In this document: in pieces, positions 52,278-64,000 of the stretch
Layout: each line of letters starts with the position of its first letter
Position numbering within the stretch: position 1 is the first letter of the stretch
DNA from: Eledone cirrhosa
Taxonomy: Eukaryota
Assembly: GCA_964016885.1 (NCBI GenBank)
Contig: OZ024740.1
Span: 190,774,001 to 190,838,000, forward strand
Reading direction: 5' to 3'
Length of the DNA: 64,000 bases
Position numbers and translations under genes: made by a program
The notes under the pieces: generated by a model
What the model was told of the DNA's origin: nothing
Databases searched by the model: none
What the model saw: only the letters and a program-made list of their open reading frames with translations

Positions 52278-52504
52278 CATATATTTATATATATATATAT
52301 ATATTCCTTTTTTTTTAATCGATGATCAAACAATGATAAAAATTGATCGCCAGATGAATTAACTATAGAGATATAAAACATACAGAATCGAACACCAAAC
52401 AAAGAGTATATTCTGTTATTATTTCTGGCAATATTTTAACAATATGACCCTCCCCAAATATAACACTATTTGTTACGGCACATATCAAACACCTTGCAAA
52501 ACGA

Positions 52505-52550
<46 letters not shown>

Positions 52551-53374
52551 GTATGTGTGTGTGTGTGAGTGTGAGTGTGTGTGTATGTGTGTGTGTTTGT
52601 GTGAGTGTGTATGGGTGTGAATATGTACGTGTGTTTCGTCTCTATGCGTAAATAAGTCAGTATGCGTGTGTGTGTGCATTTGTACGCGCGTGTACCTCTT
52701 TTATTTTAGAATATGATGTTCAAACGTACAGCCACCGCGATATTTGTATGTTAATTAACTCATCTACTCTATGTATATTTATACATAAGGACCTATATAC
52801 GTACATACATACACACATACAGACATACATACGTGCATACATACACATGTTTATAGGTGATTGTAAATTAAATTCCTTTCCTTCGTGAAGATCACAAAGA
52901 GATGCAACTAAATGTATTTGTTCAGATTCTCACTCAGAAATTTCAAACAATTAAGAAATTATTGTAGAGATAATTCACTACAGCACGGATTAATTAAGTT
53001 ATCAAAATTAATAACATTCCGTAAAATATTCTTCCGAAAACTGATCAAAATTCTTAGTTTTCTATAATTTACGTGTCCTCCCAATACTTTTCATTCTATT
53101 TTCTATATTTTTTGTGAAATTATACTATATTATGTATCTACAGACTATAAAGGCTCCTTTTTCCCATTAATGTTAATTAAATCATGTATTTATCTTTAAT
53201 TTATTGATAATAGATGTCCTGATACTTTAGAATCGCATTCAAATGTCGATGTTCATCTCATACGAATATTTCACGTTAAGCAATGAATCTGTATTGCAAG
53301 TTACGCAATACACAGAGCATAAATGGTTGCATCAAGATATCTATATCTATATAACTATATATCAATATATATGT

Positions 53375-53408
<34 letters not shown>

Positions 53409-53527
53409 TAAAAATTAGTTATCACGCTCTGCTCTGTAAGAACATAGAGTGCTCAACCGGCATACCGCCTATGGAAGCATCATAGCTACCATCTAACACA
53501 CACACACACACACACACTCACACACAC

Positions 53528-53592
<65 letters not shown>

Positions 53593-53676
53593 CATATACA
53601 TATATATACACATATATATTACAGTGAGGTTTGTTTACAAAATGAAAATAAGCCGAGGTGTCCTACACGAGGGAAA

Positions 53677-53921
53677 GTATAAGAAAAAAAGATGAAATCG
53701 AAAATGAAAATGCAGTCTTGGTATTTAAAAGAATATATTTATTTAGTTCCTTTACAGGTTTCGCAGTTCTTCTGCTGTTCAAAAGTGGAATTGAGATGGA
53801 GGGTTTGTGATTTTCTTACGGTATTCTCAAAGAACTGCGAAACCGATAAAGGAACCAAATAAATTTATATTTAAAAAAAAAGACTCCAGTTGCTTTTTCG
53901 ATGTCATCTTTTTTCCTTATA
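53677..53921. repeat. ~90-bp-arm inverted repeat containing a degenerate hammerhead motif
   Basis: 53677-53771 is the imperfect reverse complement of 53829-53921. Confidence 0.75.
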
Positions 53922-54354
53922 TATATAAATATATAAATATATTGAAACAAGCATACATACATATGAAGCACATACACACACTCAAACTCCTAATTTCAAA
54001 CTCACATATGTCATATATACATGTATTCCATATATACACGCAGAATCATTTACATAAATATGTATGTGCATAAACATATGTATGTATGTATGAGTTTGAG
54101 TGTTAGTGTAGCTATGTAAGTGTTTGTGTATGTATTTATGGAGGAAACAGTAGAACCTTCTCTCGTCCAGTGGTTCAAATTCGACCCAAGATGCAGTTTG
54201 TATGGCGTTCTACAAAGAAACTCGAACAATAATTTCAACATTTATACACCTTATTTCCTATGCAGTTCATGAATTGATTTTCACACATAAATGAGTCAAA
54301 TAATTGACTCTGTTTTAGGAAAGTAGAAGCAACATCGAATGGGTATTCACTCAC

Positions 54355-54666
<312 letters not shown>

Positions 54667-54672
<6 letters not shown>

Positions 54673-55170
54673 AGGTCACCACTTGGTGCTACTGGTAACA
54701 TGTATCCCAGTACAACCTGTCTCATGGTCGGGTCGTTGGCCACTAAACTGGCAACCCCACCAAGGTTTCTTGGTGAGGAGGGTGACTTTGGACATCCTGC
54801 AGGACTAAAAACAAAACCTGTCAAAGGGCAAAGGAGCTCTCAAGAGTCAATGGCCATCCAAAATCACTGGAAGAGATGACCCCTTAGCCTTTGTCAAGGC
54901 AGAATTCTAGGAGAAGGAAAACTCTGATATAACACCTGCAACCCTGATGGTATCCAATGATGTTGTCTTATTCTTCTTTTTGGTAAATATCATCTTGGTT
55001 AAGAGAGTGGGACTGGCTTTGTGCAGTGCCTTTGCTCTCTATAAAAGCTTCACGGCACAGGCATTGCTTTATATCTGGAGATCTCTCTGCACTTGTCGTC
55101 ACATGGTACCAAAGGCAAAGCACTATGTTTCAATAATTGTCACAAGTGTAGTGTTTGTACCAGAGTTTTC
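54667..55170 (+). mobile_element. Dispersed repeat, probably the 5' end of an RTE-like LINE
   Basis: Homologous to 1850-2019(-); 3' boundary and family are uncertain. Confidence 0.5.
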
Positions 55171-55277
55171 AAGTCGCTGGCTGGACTAAAAAGTCACACT
55201 CGTTCAGCGCATCGGTAGGGGTTCTCCTACATGGATATAAAGTAGTGGCAGTACTCGAAAACGAGTTGGCAGCCACC

Positions 55278-55310
<33 letters not shown>

Positions 55311-55388
55311 TATATATAAATGTGTATATATATATATATATTAATGAAAAAGAACAAAGGAACTATTATGACATTATAACAAGTTTAT

Positions 55389-55435
55389 TGCCGACAGCCG
55401 TTTCCTCCGACCATATGGTGGGTCTTTTCAAGGCA
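55389..55435 (-). ncRNA. Minimal type I hammerhead ribozyme with mutated stem II
   Basis: tgcc-TTGAAAA-gacc...ggag-GAAA-cggctGTC-ggca on the minus strand. Confidence 0.6.
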
Positions 55436-56272
55436 TATAACAGGTGATTGTAAGTTCATTATTTACATCACCGTTTCACTCAAGATTAGCAGTTTGAAAT
55501 TGCGGTATACATCAGCTCCGCTTGTATATTTGGGGTCTATATTCTAAGGGGGCTCTTTTATATTAGTTGTCGGAGTTGTAAAAGGGATGGGTTATGGGGA
55601 GTTAAGAGAATCTGAAAAGGGCCTAAGAGTCAGGGATTGAAGGTTAAAAATTAGATAATTTATAATTTACGCATTCAAAGATGACATGCGAACTTGAAAA
55701 TACCACAAGAGAGACCCTTTGGATAGCGTAGACGCCGGACCATACCCGCAAATATATACCCTGATCTGTCTTGAATATGCATGGCTGACGGAATATGGAT
55801 AACACGACCACCATCTAAGCTGGAACCGACCCCTACAACAAACAAAGAGGGGACAGCCCTTCGCATTTGACCAGTCGCGTGTGTGCTTGGAGTTCGTGAG
55901 AGAAGGTGATATTAGCGAGAGTCGCAATATACCACCCCAGTCAAATCCACACTGGTTTTTTTTACCAATATAGCATGTAAACCAATACATCCTATGCAGA
56001 CATACCTTTGATTTAGAACCGGCAGGCTGATCTATCGCATAAGCGTGCAACCCCCGAAACTAAAAGATCGAACGGACCACACCCAGCAACCACTAGCTAT
56101 TTGATCCACAGGTACATTTCCCAGAGAGTCCACACAGCTGATAGTGAATCCCAGTTGATTCGTGAACTCGGAACTTTTAAACAAGACCAACTGTGCCTGG
56201 AGCTATGCAGATGACTACATACGCACAGTGGATATCGCACCCACAAGGTCACCTGTATTGTTCATCTTGCCG

Positions 56273-56648
56273 TATGTGTGTAAAGTATCCGTGCGTGGGA
56301 TATCCCTGAGTACATTTTCTTGACTATCAATTGTTTATTGATTGTTTGTTAATTAGGAAGGAATATACCATTATGTCTTTGTTAATCCTATGTGTTGCTG
56401 TATGTGTGTAAAGTATCCGAGCGCGGGTTATCCCTGAGCTAATTTTGCTTGACTGTTAATTGTTTATTGATTGTTTGTTAATTAGGCAGGAATATACCAT
56501 TATGTCTTTGTAAATCATATGTGTTGCTGTATGTGTGTAAAGTATCCGAGCGCGGGTTATCCCTGAGCTAATTTTGCTTGACTGTTAATTGTTTATTGAT
56601 TATTTGTTAATTAGGTAGGAATATATTATTATGTCTTTGTTAATCCTG
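56273..56648. repeat. Tandem repeat, ~3 x 128-129 bp
   Basis: tatgtgtgtaaagtatccg recurs at 56273, 56401 and 56530. Confidence 0.9.
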
Positions 56649-57621
56649 TATTAATAATTTTATAATAATTTGTTGATAGTACATTATTAGATTACTGAAG
56701 CTACCTTATACCTTCTTAAAAATACATTTTATAATTATTGTCTTTTTGCTTATGTATTTTCTTACTTATCATTTTCTTTAATCTTGCCCAACTTGATAAG
56801 CTCTTTGAATTGCTCCCTAATTAAATTACTTAAGTTATTTTATCTAGTATACTTAAGTTGTATCTGTTGAAGCAGCCCTTTGAAAATTACTCGAATATCC
56901 CAAATCCCGTAATTTTTAACTTTTAATTTATAATTTTCCTCAATTCGTTTATATATATCCTTAAAGGCTCTTAAAATGTTAATTCTTCGAAGGGTCTCTC
57001 GGGAGAGGTTCTTATTAAAAATATTAAAGGGGCCTTTTCTGAGGGATTTTTTGAAGGCTTTTTGAATTAACCTTTAATTGATTAGTTTCTTTCAACTTAG
57101 TAGGGATTATCAAAACTTCGTAAATTTTCTGAAATTTTTTAACGTGATCTCTGGGGAAGAACATTTTTTTTCTTTCTAAAAAAATTTTTTTCTCTCGAAG
57201 GAATTTTTTAGGAAACTTTATATTTTTTTAGGAAACTTTATATTTTTATTTTTTTATTGTTTTATTTTTTTAGTCTCTTAATCTCTTCTGGTTTGTTAGG
57301 TTTATTGGGGCTTATAAGCTTTATGCACTTATTGAGGGATTTGTTAAGGTGCTTCTACGAGGTACCAAGTCCTTTACTTTTAATGCGTAAATTATAAATT
57401 ATCTAATTTTTAACCTTCAATCCCTGACTCTTAGGCCCTTTTCAAATTCACTTAACTCCCCATAACCCATCCATTTTACAACTCCGACAACTAATATAAA
57501 AGAGCCCCCTTAGAATATAGACCCCAAATATACAAGCGGAGTTGATGTATACCACAATTTCAAACTGCTAATCTTGAGTGAAACGTTGATGTAAATAATG
57601 AACTTACAATCACCTGTTATA

Positions 57622-57668
57622 TGCCTTGAAAAGTCCCACCATATGGTCGGACGAAACGGCTGTCGGCA
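57622..57668 (+). ncRNA. Minimal type I hammerhead ribozyme, U3-A8 core variant
   Basis: Stem I tgcc/ggca; core TTGAAAA; stem II gtcc-c-acca-ta-tggt-c-ggac; GAAA; short stem III c-ggct-g; GTC cleavage triplet ending at 57664; AATAAA 57668-57673. Confidence 0.78.
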
Positions 57669-58527
57669 ATAAACTTGTTATAATTTCATAATAGTTCCTT
57701 TGTTCTTTTTCATTAATATTTCTGCACTGCTTATACGCATAGAGCTTAACTAGCTACCGTCGCATATTTGGTAGGTCAGGCGTGATCATCGCGATTCACA
57801 TAAGACCTACCATACATCTTGCTTATATATATATATATATATAGATATATTATTCATATTGTTAGCAAGTGAAACATATTCTCATACTCAAAATATATAC
57901 TGTATTATACATATTTCAAAAGTACTTGGTGTTTAAGGACGTTTTCATCAGACAAAATATATGATTTGATATAACGCTACGGTCTTGATTATTCATTTCC
58001 CGTATTGGCAGTGATTTATTTCATCAAATCTCAACGTTTTTATACCACAAACAATATGATATCTTAAAGAAGAAAAGGACGTAGATCAAATTGGAGATAT
58101 AAGAGAGGGTGCAAAGAAGAGGAAAAGACAAGAAATAGATAAATAAATAGAACAAATAAATGAATAAAAAAAATAAATGGACGAATGAATAAAAGAAATA
58201 TATAAAAGCAAAGAGGAATAAAGACTAAGAGAGTGAAGATATGATGAGAGTAAAAAGAAAACAAAAGGGGATATAGAAAAACGAAGAAAAAGAAGAAAAC
58301 AAATATGTTCGTATATATATACGCACATATTTGTATACAGACGTAAAATAGTATATTTGTTCAACACTGACAAAGGAACGATGTACTAGTTTCAAGCTTA
58401 TTAGCAACGTATACCTTCCTGCCAGATGATTGAACGTCTGAAAGTATATACTTTTCTTATGCATATTAACGTCTGAGCAGCCTAATTTGGATATCGAGTG
58501 AGTTTATCGGCCGGATGCACCGAAAAC

Positions 58528-58946
58528 GATAAACAGAAAACAATAAAACGAAATTTCATTTCTCACTCTTAGTACGGCTGTTACTTAAATATAAGTATGT
58601 ATACGTACATACATATATGTATACAGACGTACTTATATATAAGTATGTATACGTACATTCATATATGTCTACAGACTTTGTCAGTGTTGAACAAACGAGC
58701 AACGATGGTTGCTAGACACTACGGCTTAATATGGGATGTTTGTTTACAAACACACCGAGCATTATAATAAATGTTCGGTGAATCCATACGTACATATATA
58801 TATATGTGTTCATGTATGTATATATATATATATACATACTACTGTACGTCTGTATACATATATTTATGTACGTATACATACTTATATATAAGTAACAGCC
58901 GTACTAAGAGTGAACAATGAAATTTCGTTTCTTGTTTTCCGTTTAT
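58528..58946. repeat. ~105-bp-arm inverted repeat (foldback)
   Basis: aaacgaaatttcatt...cttagtacggctgttactt...atacagacgtac (58528-58632) versus its reverse complement at 58844-58946. Confidence 0.8.
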
Positions 58947-59841
58947 ATATATATACATATATATAAACTATATGATGAATAGTTATGTTCTAACATTGCA
59001 ATGCAAAATGCTTCCAATTCACAAATATACTCAGACGTATATATACTATAAAATATAATATAGTATTGTTAATGCGTAGCATTGTGAGATATGTCATAAA
59101 ATATAATGTATTTATCACCACGAATCATCGACTAAATAAATTGGATCATTTTATGTATGTATATCTCCAAATCTTCCGAATAAAACTTGAATGGGACTTC
59201 ACACAAGCCGTTGCAAATTCCACATATGTGACACGATTTCAAATTAGTACTGAAAGCTAATGGATTATTCAATATAAAATAATATCTGTGCATCATGTTT
59301 ATGGTAAATCATTCCATTGAATTGATACTACATTTATTCGGATAAAAATATTTCCTTGCTAAAACATTTCCTTGCTAATATACGATGAATGCAAGAAAGG
59401 CAAAAACTGATATATTAAAACATAATGTTATTCTTTGAAATAAAATTAGGAATAAAATCCATCAAAGGAAAATAAAAAATAGTTTTCATTGCCGACTGAT
59501 CATACACAATCTAATCGTGATACCAACCGGTGACTCTAGGATAAGTTGGCAAAATTAAATTGTATTATTTGGCAGTATCGGTAGCGTGTTGGACGCAGTG
59601 GCGTAACTAACGTGGGGGGGGGGGATACCCGCCCCTCGATTTTCTGTCGGTCTAGGTGGGCTCCCTAGGCTATAATTCTAAACACATAACTTAACAACGG
59701 AAAGAAAACGCTTAATCTCTAATAAGACTAGAAGTTAAGACCAATCTCTTGTTTATTTAAAAAAATATAATATTTCGGTAAAAATGGCAACTGCATCTAG
59801 AAGCAACTGTAAACAATGTTCCGTCGAATAAAAACGTTAAA

Positions 59842-60028
59842 TTTGTTTTACTTGCTTTTCCCACATCTTATTTAATTGAGTCAGGTTTCAGTCAGGTGAT
59901 GCATCTGCTTTCAAAAAGTCAAAATCTCCTTGATATAGAAAGAAGAGGTGATTTACGACTCTCTCTAATGGCTTTCACATCAAATTTGACAAATAGTAGC
60001 CTTGCATCAATCACATGGATCTCATTAA
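59842..60028 (+). pseudogene. C-terminal fragment of a Charlie/Buster-type hAT transposase
   Basis: Manual translation LLAFPTSYLIESGFSQVMHLLSKSQNLLDIERRGDLRLSL, then frameshift to LHQSHGSH*. Confidence 0.7.
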
Positions 60029-60793
60029 AAACCGATTATTATATTCTTTGAGTAAATATAAATAAATGATTTGATATCTAAATTCTATATTAATCTATTT
60101 GTTTGAAAGGTTGTAATACATGCTTATGTTATTCTCGATACTCGGGTTTTTAACCTAATATTTAATTAAAAGTATAATTATGCATAATATATAGATCTAT
60201 ATATTGTGTGTATATATATAAAAATATATATAATATTTTAATTTATGTTGTTACTTTTTATCAATTGTGACATTTTAGAACAATTTGGTATTTGCGATAT
60301 TTCCTGGACTTTTGCTGTATGTTTTGTTTTTCGTCGATTATTTGACGTATTTTACATTCTTCGGTGTTGAATATCAAATCAAGCAAATTGCATTATTCCA
60401 AGTGTATCAATACAGTGCTCATTGTGGGTATGATGTGGTGAGTAGTGGCTGGAGGCTGGACGTGATTCACCGGAAGCGTGCTCGACCGGAAAGGCGAGCA
60501 GATGTGACGTCAGCTTGAGAGGCCCCTTTCTCTTCTACGGCGGTTATCGGACTGAGACAGACGTGCGATTTGAGGCTGCGATCGGCGAGCTGAATTGTAC
60601 ACACGTGGAAGAGAGGAAAACCAGCCAACGACTTTGCCAGGACGAGCGAAATGCGGTAAGTGAAGTTGCTTTCTAATCACAAGCTATTTCGGCCTTAAAG
60701 ACATATAGAAAAAAAAAAAGAAAAAGGAAAAAGGAATAATTTTTTTTAAGACAAAGCCACTGGAAAACATGTCAATATAGTGCTCATTAACAA

Positions 60794-63497
60794 TGCTGCC
60801 TAAAAAAACTTACAAAACTGGAGCAAAAAAGAGGAGAGAAGCTAAATAAGCTGCCACGGAAGAATCTGAATAGAATTGTCATCTAATCACAAGTTTTCTG
60901 AAAAGTCAACAGTCTTCGTCAACAAGTAGTGACGCATCCCAACGCAATGTAACTGCCGGAATTTCCGGCGAGTCGGTCAGGTCAGATGAACTGGAGAAGC
61001 AGAAAAGCACTGGAGAGTCACGAGAACCAGACATCAAAGATGCCTCAGGTTCTCAACAACCGTGGTAATCACTGAAGATGTAGTTCCAACTGCGGCTCCG
61101 GACTCAATAGAAGGAAAAACGGCTGTATCGGAATCTGAAAATGAAAATGATTCAGAGGAATCTACATTGGCAAAACAAATCCCAGAGTATGAGCCAGTAG
61201 AATGCATGTTGAATTTTCAAGAGAAGTATCCAAGCGACCCGAAACATTTCGAGGACAGACCATTGACGACACCTCTAATTCGCGCCCTCGTGGCCGTTGG
61301 TCCTTGTCAGCCAGGATTGAAAGATAATTTTGCTGAATTTCCTCTCGACTCGAACCACACAAAATTCAACATCAGTTGGTACAAGAGAAAGTCTGCTGGA
61401 ATCCATAAAGTTGACCGGCACTGGTTAGTATACTCTCCAGAATCCAACAGACTATACTGATTTTGTTGTTGGCTGTTTGCTAATAAAAATGCCGAATCTT
61501 ACTCGAAGACTTGGGTAATTCAAAGTGAGGGATGGCAAACTTCAAAAAGGGAATCGAAAAAAAGGCCAAGCATGACAAAAGTGCCATTGCCATCAATGTA
61601 CAAAAGCAATACTTCATGACAAAATATCGTTTGGACGCAGATAAAACAGTGATCGATAACCTCATTAATAAAGGGAAGAAGCGCATTGAACGAAATCGCT
61701 AGATATTGAGGCGACTGCTTGATTGTACGTTATTTCTCGCAAAACAAGGCCTGGCCTTTAGAGGTCACAGGGAATATGCTGGACCTGGCGCCAACTCAGA
61801 AAATGAAGGAAACTTTATTGAATTGTTGAAATTGATGGCCAAGTATGACACGATCTTGGAAAGCCATTTATTTTCGCCTGTGTGCACTAAAAGACAGCCT
61901 ATGTACTTAAGTCCAAAATTACAAAAAAAATTGCCTGGCAAACAAATGTACTCAACACATAATCACGGAAGTGAAAACGGCAAAATACTATTCAGTCATC
62001 GTCGATTCCACAATTGGAATTTCGCATCAGGATCAATGCTCTGTGTCACTGCGATATGTATCGAAAAGTGGCTACGCACAGGAGCATTTCCTGTCGTTTT
62101 GTGAACTAGAATCAGCAGCCACTGAATCATTTTACGATACGTTTATGGAAGTTCTTTTCCAGGATCTATCCATGGATGCTCAATATATTAAAGGACAAGC
62201 TTACGACGGAGCGTCGAATATGTCCGGCCATATTTCTCGGCTTCAGGCTAGAGTTGAAGAGAGATGCTCTTCGAAAGCTATTTACATCCATTGTTGCGCT
62301 CATAGCCTGAACCTGGTGTTAATCGATGCTACGCAATCGTCAGAGGATGTTAAATTATTTGTTGGTATATTGGAGAGCCTGTATGTTTTCTTAACATCAA
62401 GCTTGCCAAGGCTGAAAATCCTCGAAGAAGAACAAGAAAAACTATTGACTTCAACGGTATTAACATTAAAAAGACTCTCAGATACGCGCTGGTTTAGTCA
62501 CATTCAGGGCGTAGAGGCTACCATTAACAACTTACCGGCAGTAATAAGTGCACTAGAGAGGATAATAAGTGGGGATTTTCACAACACTGATCCGAAAGTA
62601 TTAACCGAGGCCAGAGGTTTGCTACTAAATATGAGCAAGTTTGAATTCATTTTCATGTTGAAGTTTTTTCAGAATTTACTTAAAAAGCTGCATTCTGTTT
62701 CACAATATTTGCAGAAGGAGGCTATCGACTTATATTCCGCGGACATCATGATTAAAAATGTCGTAAAAGAAATTGAAGACATCCGCTCAAATGAATATTT
62801 TGACCGAACATTATTAGAAGCTAAAAATATCTCGCCGAGCAATGTCAAGTTGAACCACAGTTTACAACAGAAAAACGAAAAAGAAAAAAAGAAGCGTTTT
62901 CATGACGAAAATGCCAGTGACGAACCTCATGAAAAGATGAGTCAGCATTTTAAACGGGACGTTTATTTCACTATCTTAGATAGAATCATTAGTAGCTTTA
63001 ATGAACGTTTTGCCAACTTGCACAATCTCGTGAAGCATTTTTCGTGCTTGATACCGGCGCACTTCGACGACGACGACACATGCAATAGAGAGAGAATCGA
63101 TAATCTTGTGAAATTCTACGAGGGCTACATCGAAAATGACACTATCTTCGACGAGTATTTATCATTCAAAGATTTTTAAAAGGAAGTATGTTTAGATAAA
63201 TCCATATCGAGTTCTGAGATCGTTCCGTTTATGATTTCTAATGACTTAGTTACAGCCTATCCGAACGTGTTTGCCTTATACAACATGTTCATAACTATTC
63301 CAGTTAGCTCGGCGCAGTCTGAGCGAACCTTCAGCAGCCTCAGACTGATAAATAATTATTTGCGTAGTACCATGAGTGAAGAGCGGTTGAATGCCCTGGC
63401 AATGATGTACATAGAGCGAGAACTGGCTGAAAAAATTGACTTCAGCAGCGTGATTTAAAAATTTTCTAAATTAAAACATCGCAAATTAGATCTGTAG
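60794..63497 (+). pseudogene. hAT transposase (TTF-type ZnF / DUF4371 / hATC; ZMYM1-like class), disrupted
   Basis: WLVYSPE, LAFRGH, GNFIELL, YSVIVDST, GQAYDGASNMSG, HCCAHSLNL, TRW, PVSSAQSERTFSSL...RSTMSEERL; several stops and frameshifts. Confidence 0.92.
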
Positions 63498-64000
63498 TAC
63501 AAGTGATGTAGTCGAATGTGAAAGTAAAGTTTTAGATGGACGATTTGTTGTACATACGCATTTTTGTTGGTGAATAATCGATTGCAAAACTAGTTTTCTT
63601 GGATGTTGTTTTTTTTCTGAAGATAGACCACCGTCTTCGCAGTTAATAAAGTTTTCACGGAACATGCTAACTCTGTAATCTATGATGCTGTCTACTCTAT
63701 TATAAATTATTATCTATTCTATATGCGTGTATGAACATATTTCCTTGCAGCCGATGGAAATGAGCCGATGGAATTGGTGGGCGGACCCCAGTTAGATGGA
63801 AATTGACACCCCCGCCTGGTTTTAAAAGCTAGTTACGCCATTGGTTGGACGCCAAGCTTTCTAACATAGTTACGTCCCTTTACTGTCTGAGGTCAAATCC
63901 CGTGGAGTTTAACTTTGCCTTTCATCCTTATGGAGTTGATAAAATAAAGTACCAGTAATGTACTGGTTATTTGCTGGCCTTGTGCCAAAAGTAGAAACAT

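Larger units (their letters stand above)
55338..57823. mobile_element. Non-autonomous Penelope-like/retrozyme-like element with inverted pseudo-LTRs
   Basis: ~342-bp inverted repeats (55338-55680 / 57377-57718), each with a hammerhead motif and AATAAA pointing outward; extra ~100-bp tail on the right; flanked by (TA)n. Confidence 0.7.
59596..63843 (+). mobile_element. hAT-superfamily DNA transposon, complete ends (4248 bp)
   Basis: TIRs CAGTGGCGTAACTA (59596-59609) / TAGTTACGCCATTG (63830-63843), 13 of 14 matching; 8-bp TSD GTTGGACG at 59588-59595 and 63844-63851. Confidence 0.95.
59569..64000 (+). mobile_element. tRNA-derived SINE split by the hAT insertion (59569-59595 plus 63852-64000)
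   Basis: Removing the hAT and one TSD restores a continuous SINE matching 37573-37747. Confidence 0.88.

Noticed and set aside
55667-56050. GIY-YIG endonuclease (CYIGK)
   Set aside because: No upstream GIY/GVY and no downstream R/H/E motifs; likely a chance match
56273-56648. CRISPR-like array or coding repeat
   Set aside because: Whole units repeat with no unique spacers, the minus-strand frames I checked contain stops, and the context is eukaryotic
60794-63497. ZMYM1-like host gene
   Set aside because: It lies within TIRs and an 8-bp TSD and has stops and frameshifts, so it is a transposase pseudogene

Overview
AT-rich, microsatellite-dense animal DNA, probably cephalopod/octopus (inferred from the SINE types and repeat landscape, not proven). 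No intact host gene is visible. The main feature is a ~39-kb array (8133-47250) of 11 non-LTR retrotransposons. Five are Tx1-group (L1-clade, APE endonuclease) copies, all on +. Six are R4/Dong-like (REL endonuclease) copies, all on -. Nine of the ten junctions between them are (ATT)n tracts. The Tx1 copies have GTRAG-type 5' splice-site motifs at ~+30 and overlapping the ORF1 stop, show an apparent ORF1/5'UTR module swap, and share a 3' tail resembling that of a co-occurring tRNA-SINE. The right flank holds a Penelope/retrozyme-like element with ~340-bp inverted repeats carrying a minimal hammerhead ribozyme with a U3-A8 core variant. It also holds a complete 4.25-kb hAT transposon (TIRs, 8-bp TSD) that inserted into a SINE and carries a piece of a different hAT transposase. 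Identities are estimated by eye; family assignments rest on motifs, not database searches.
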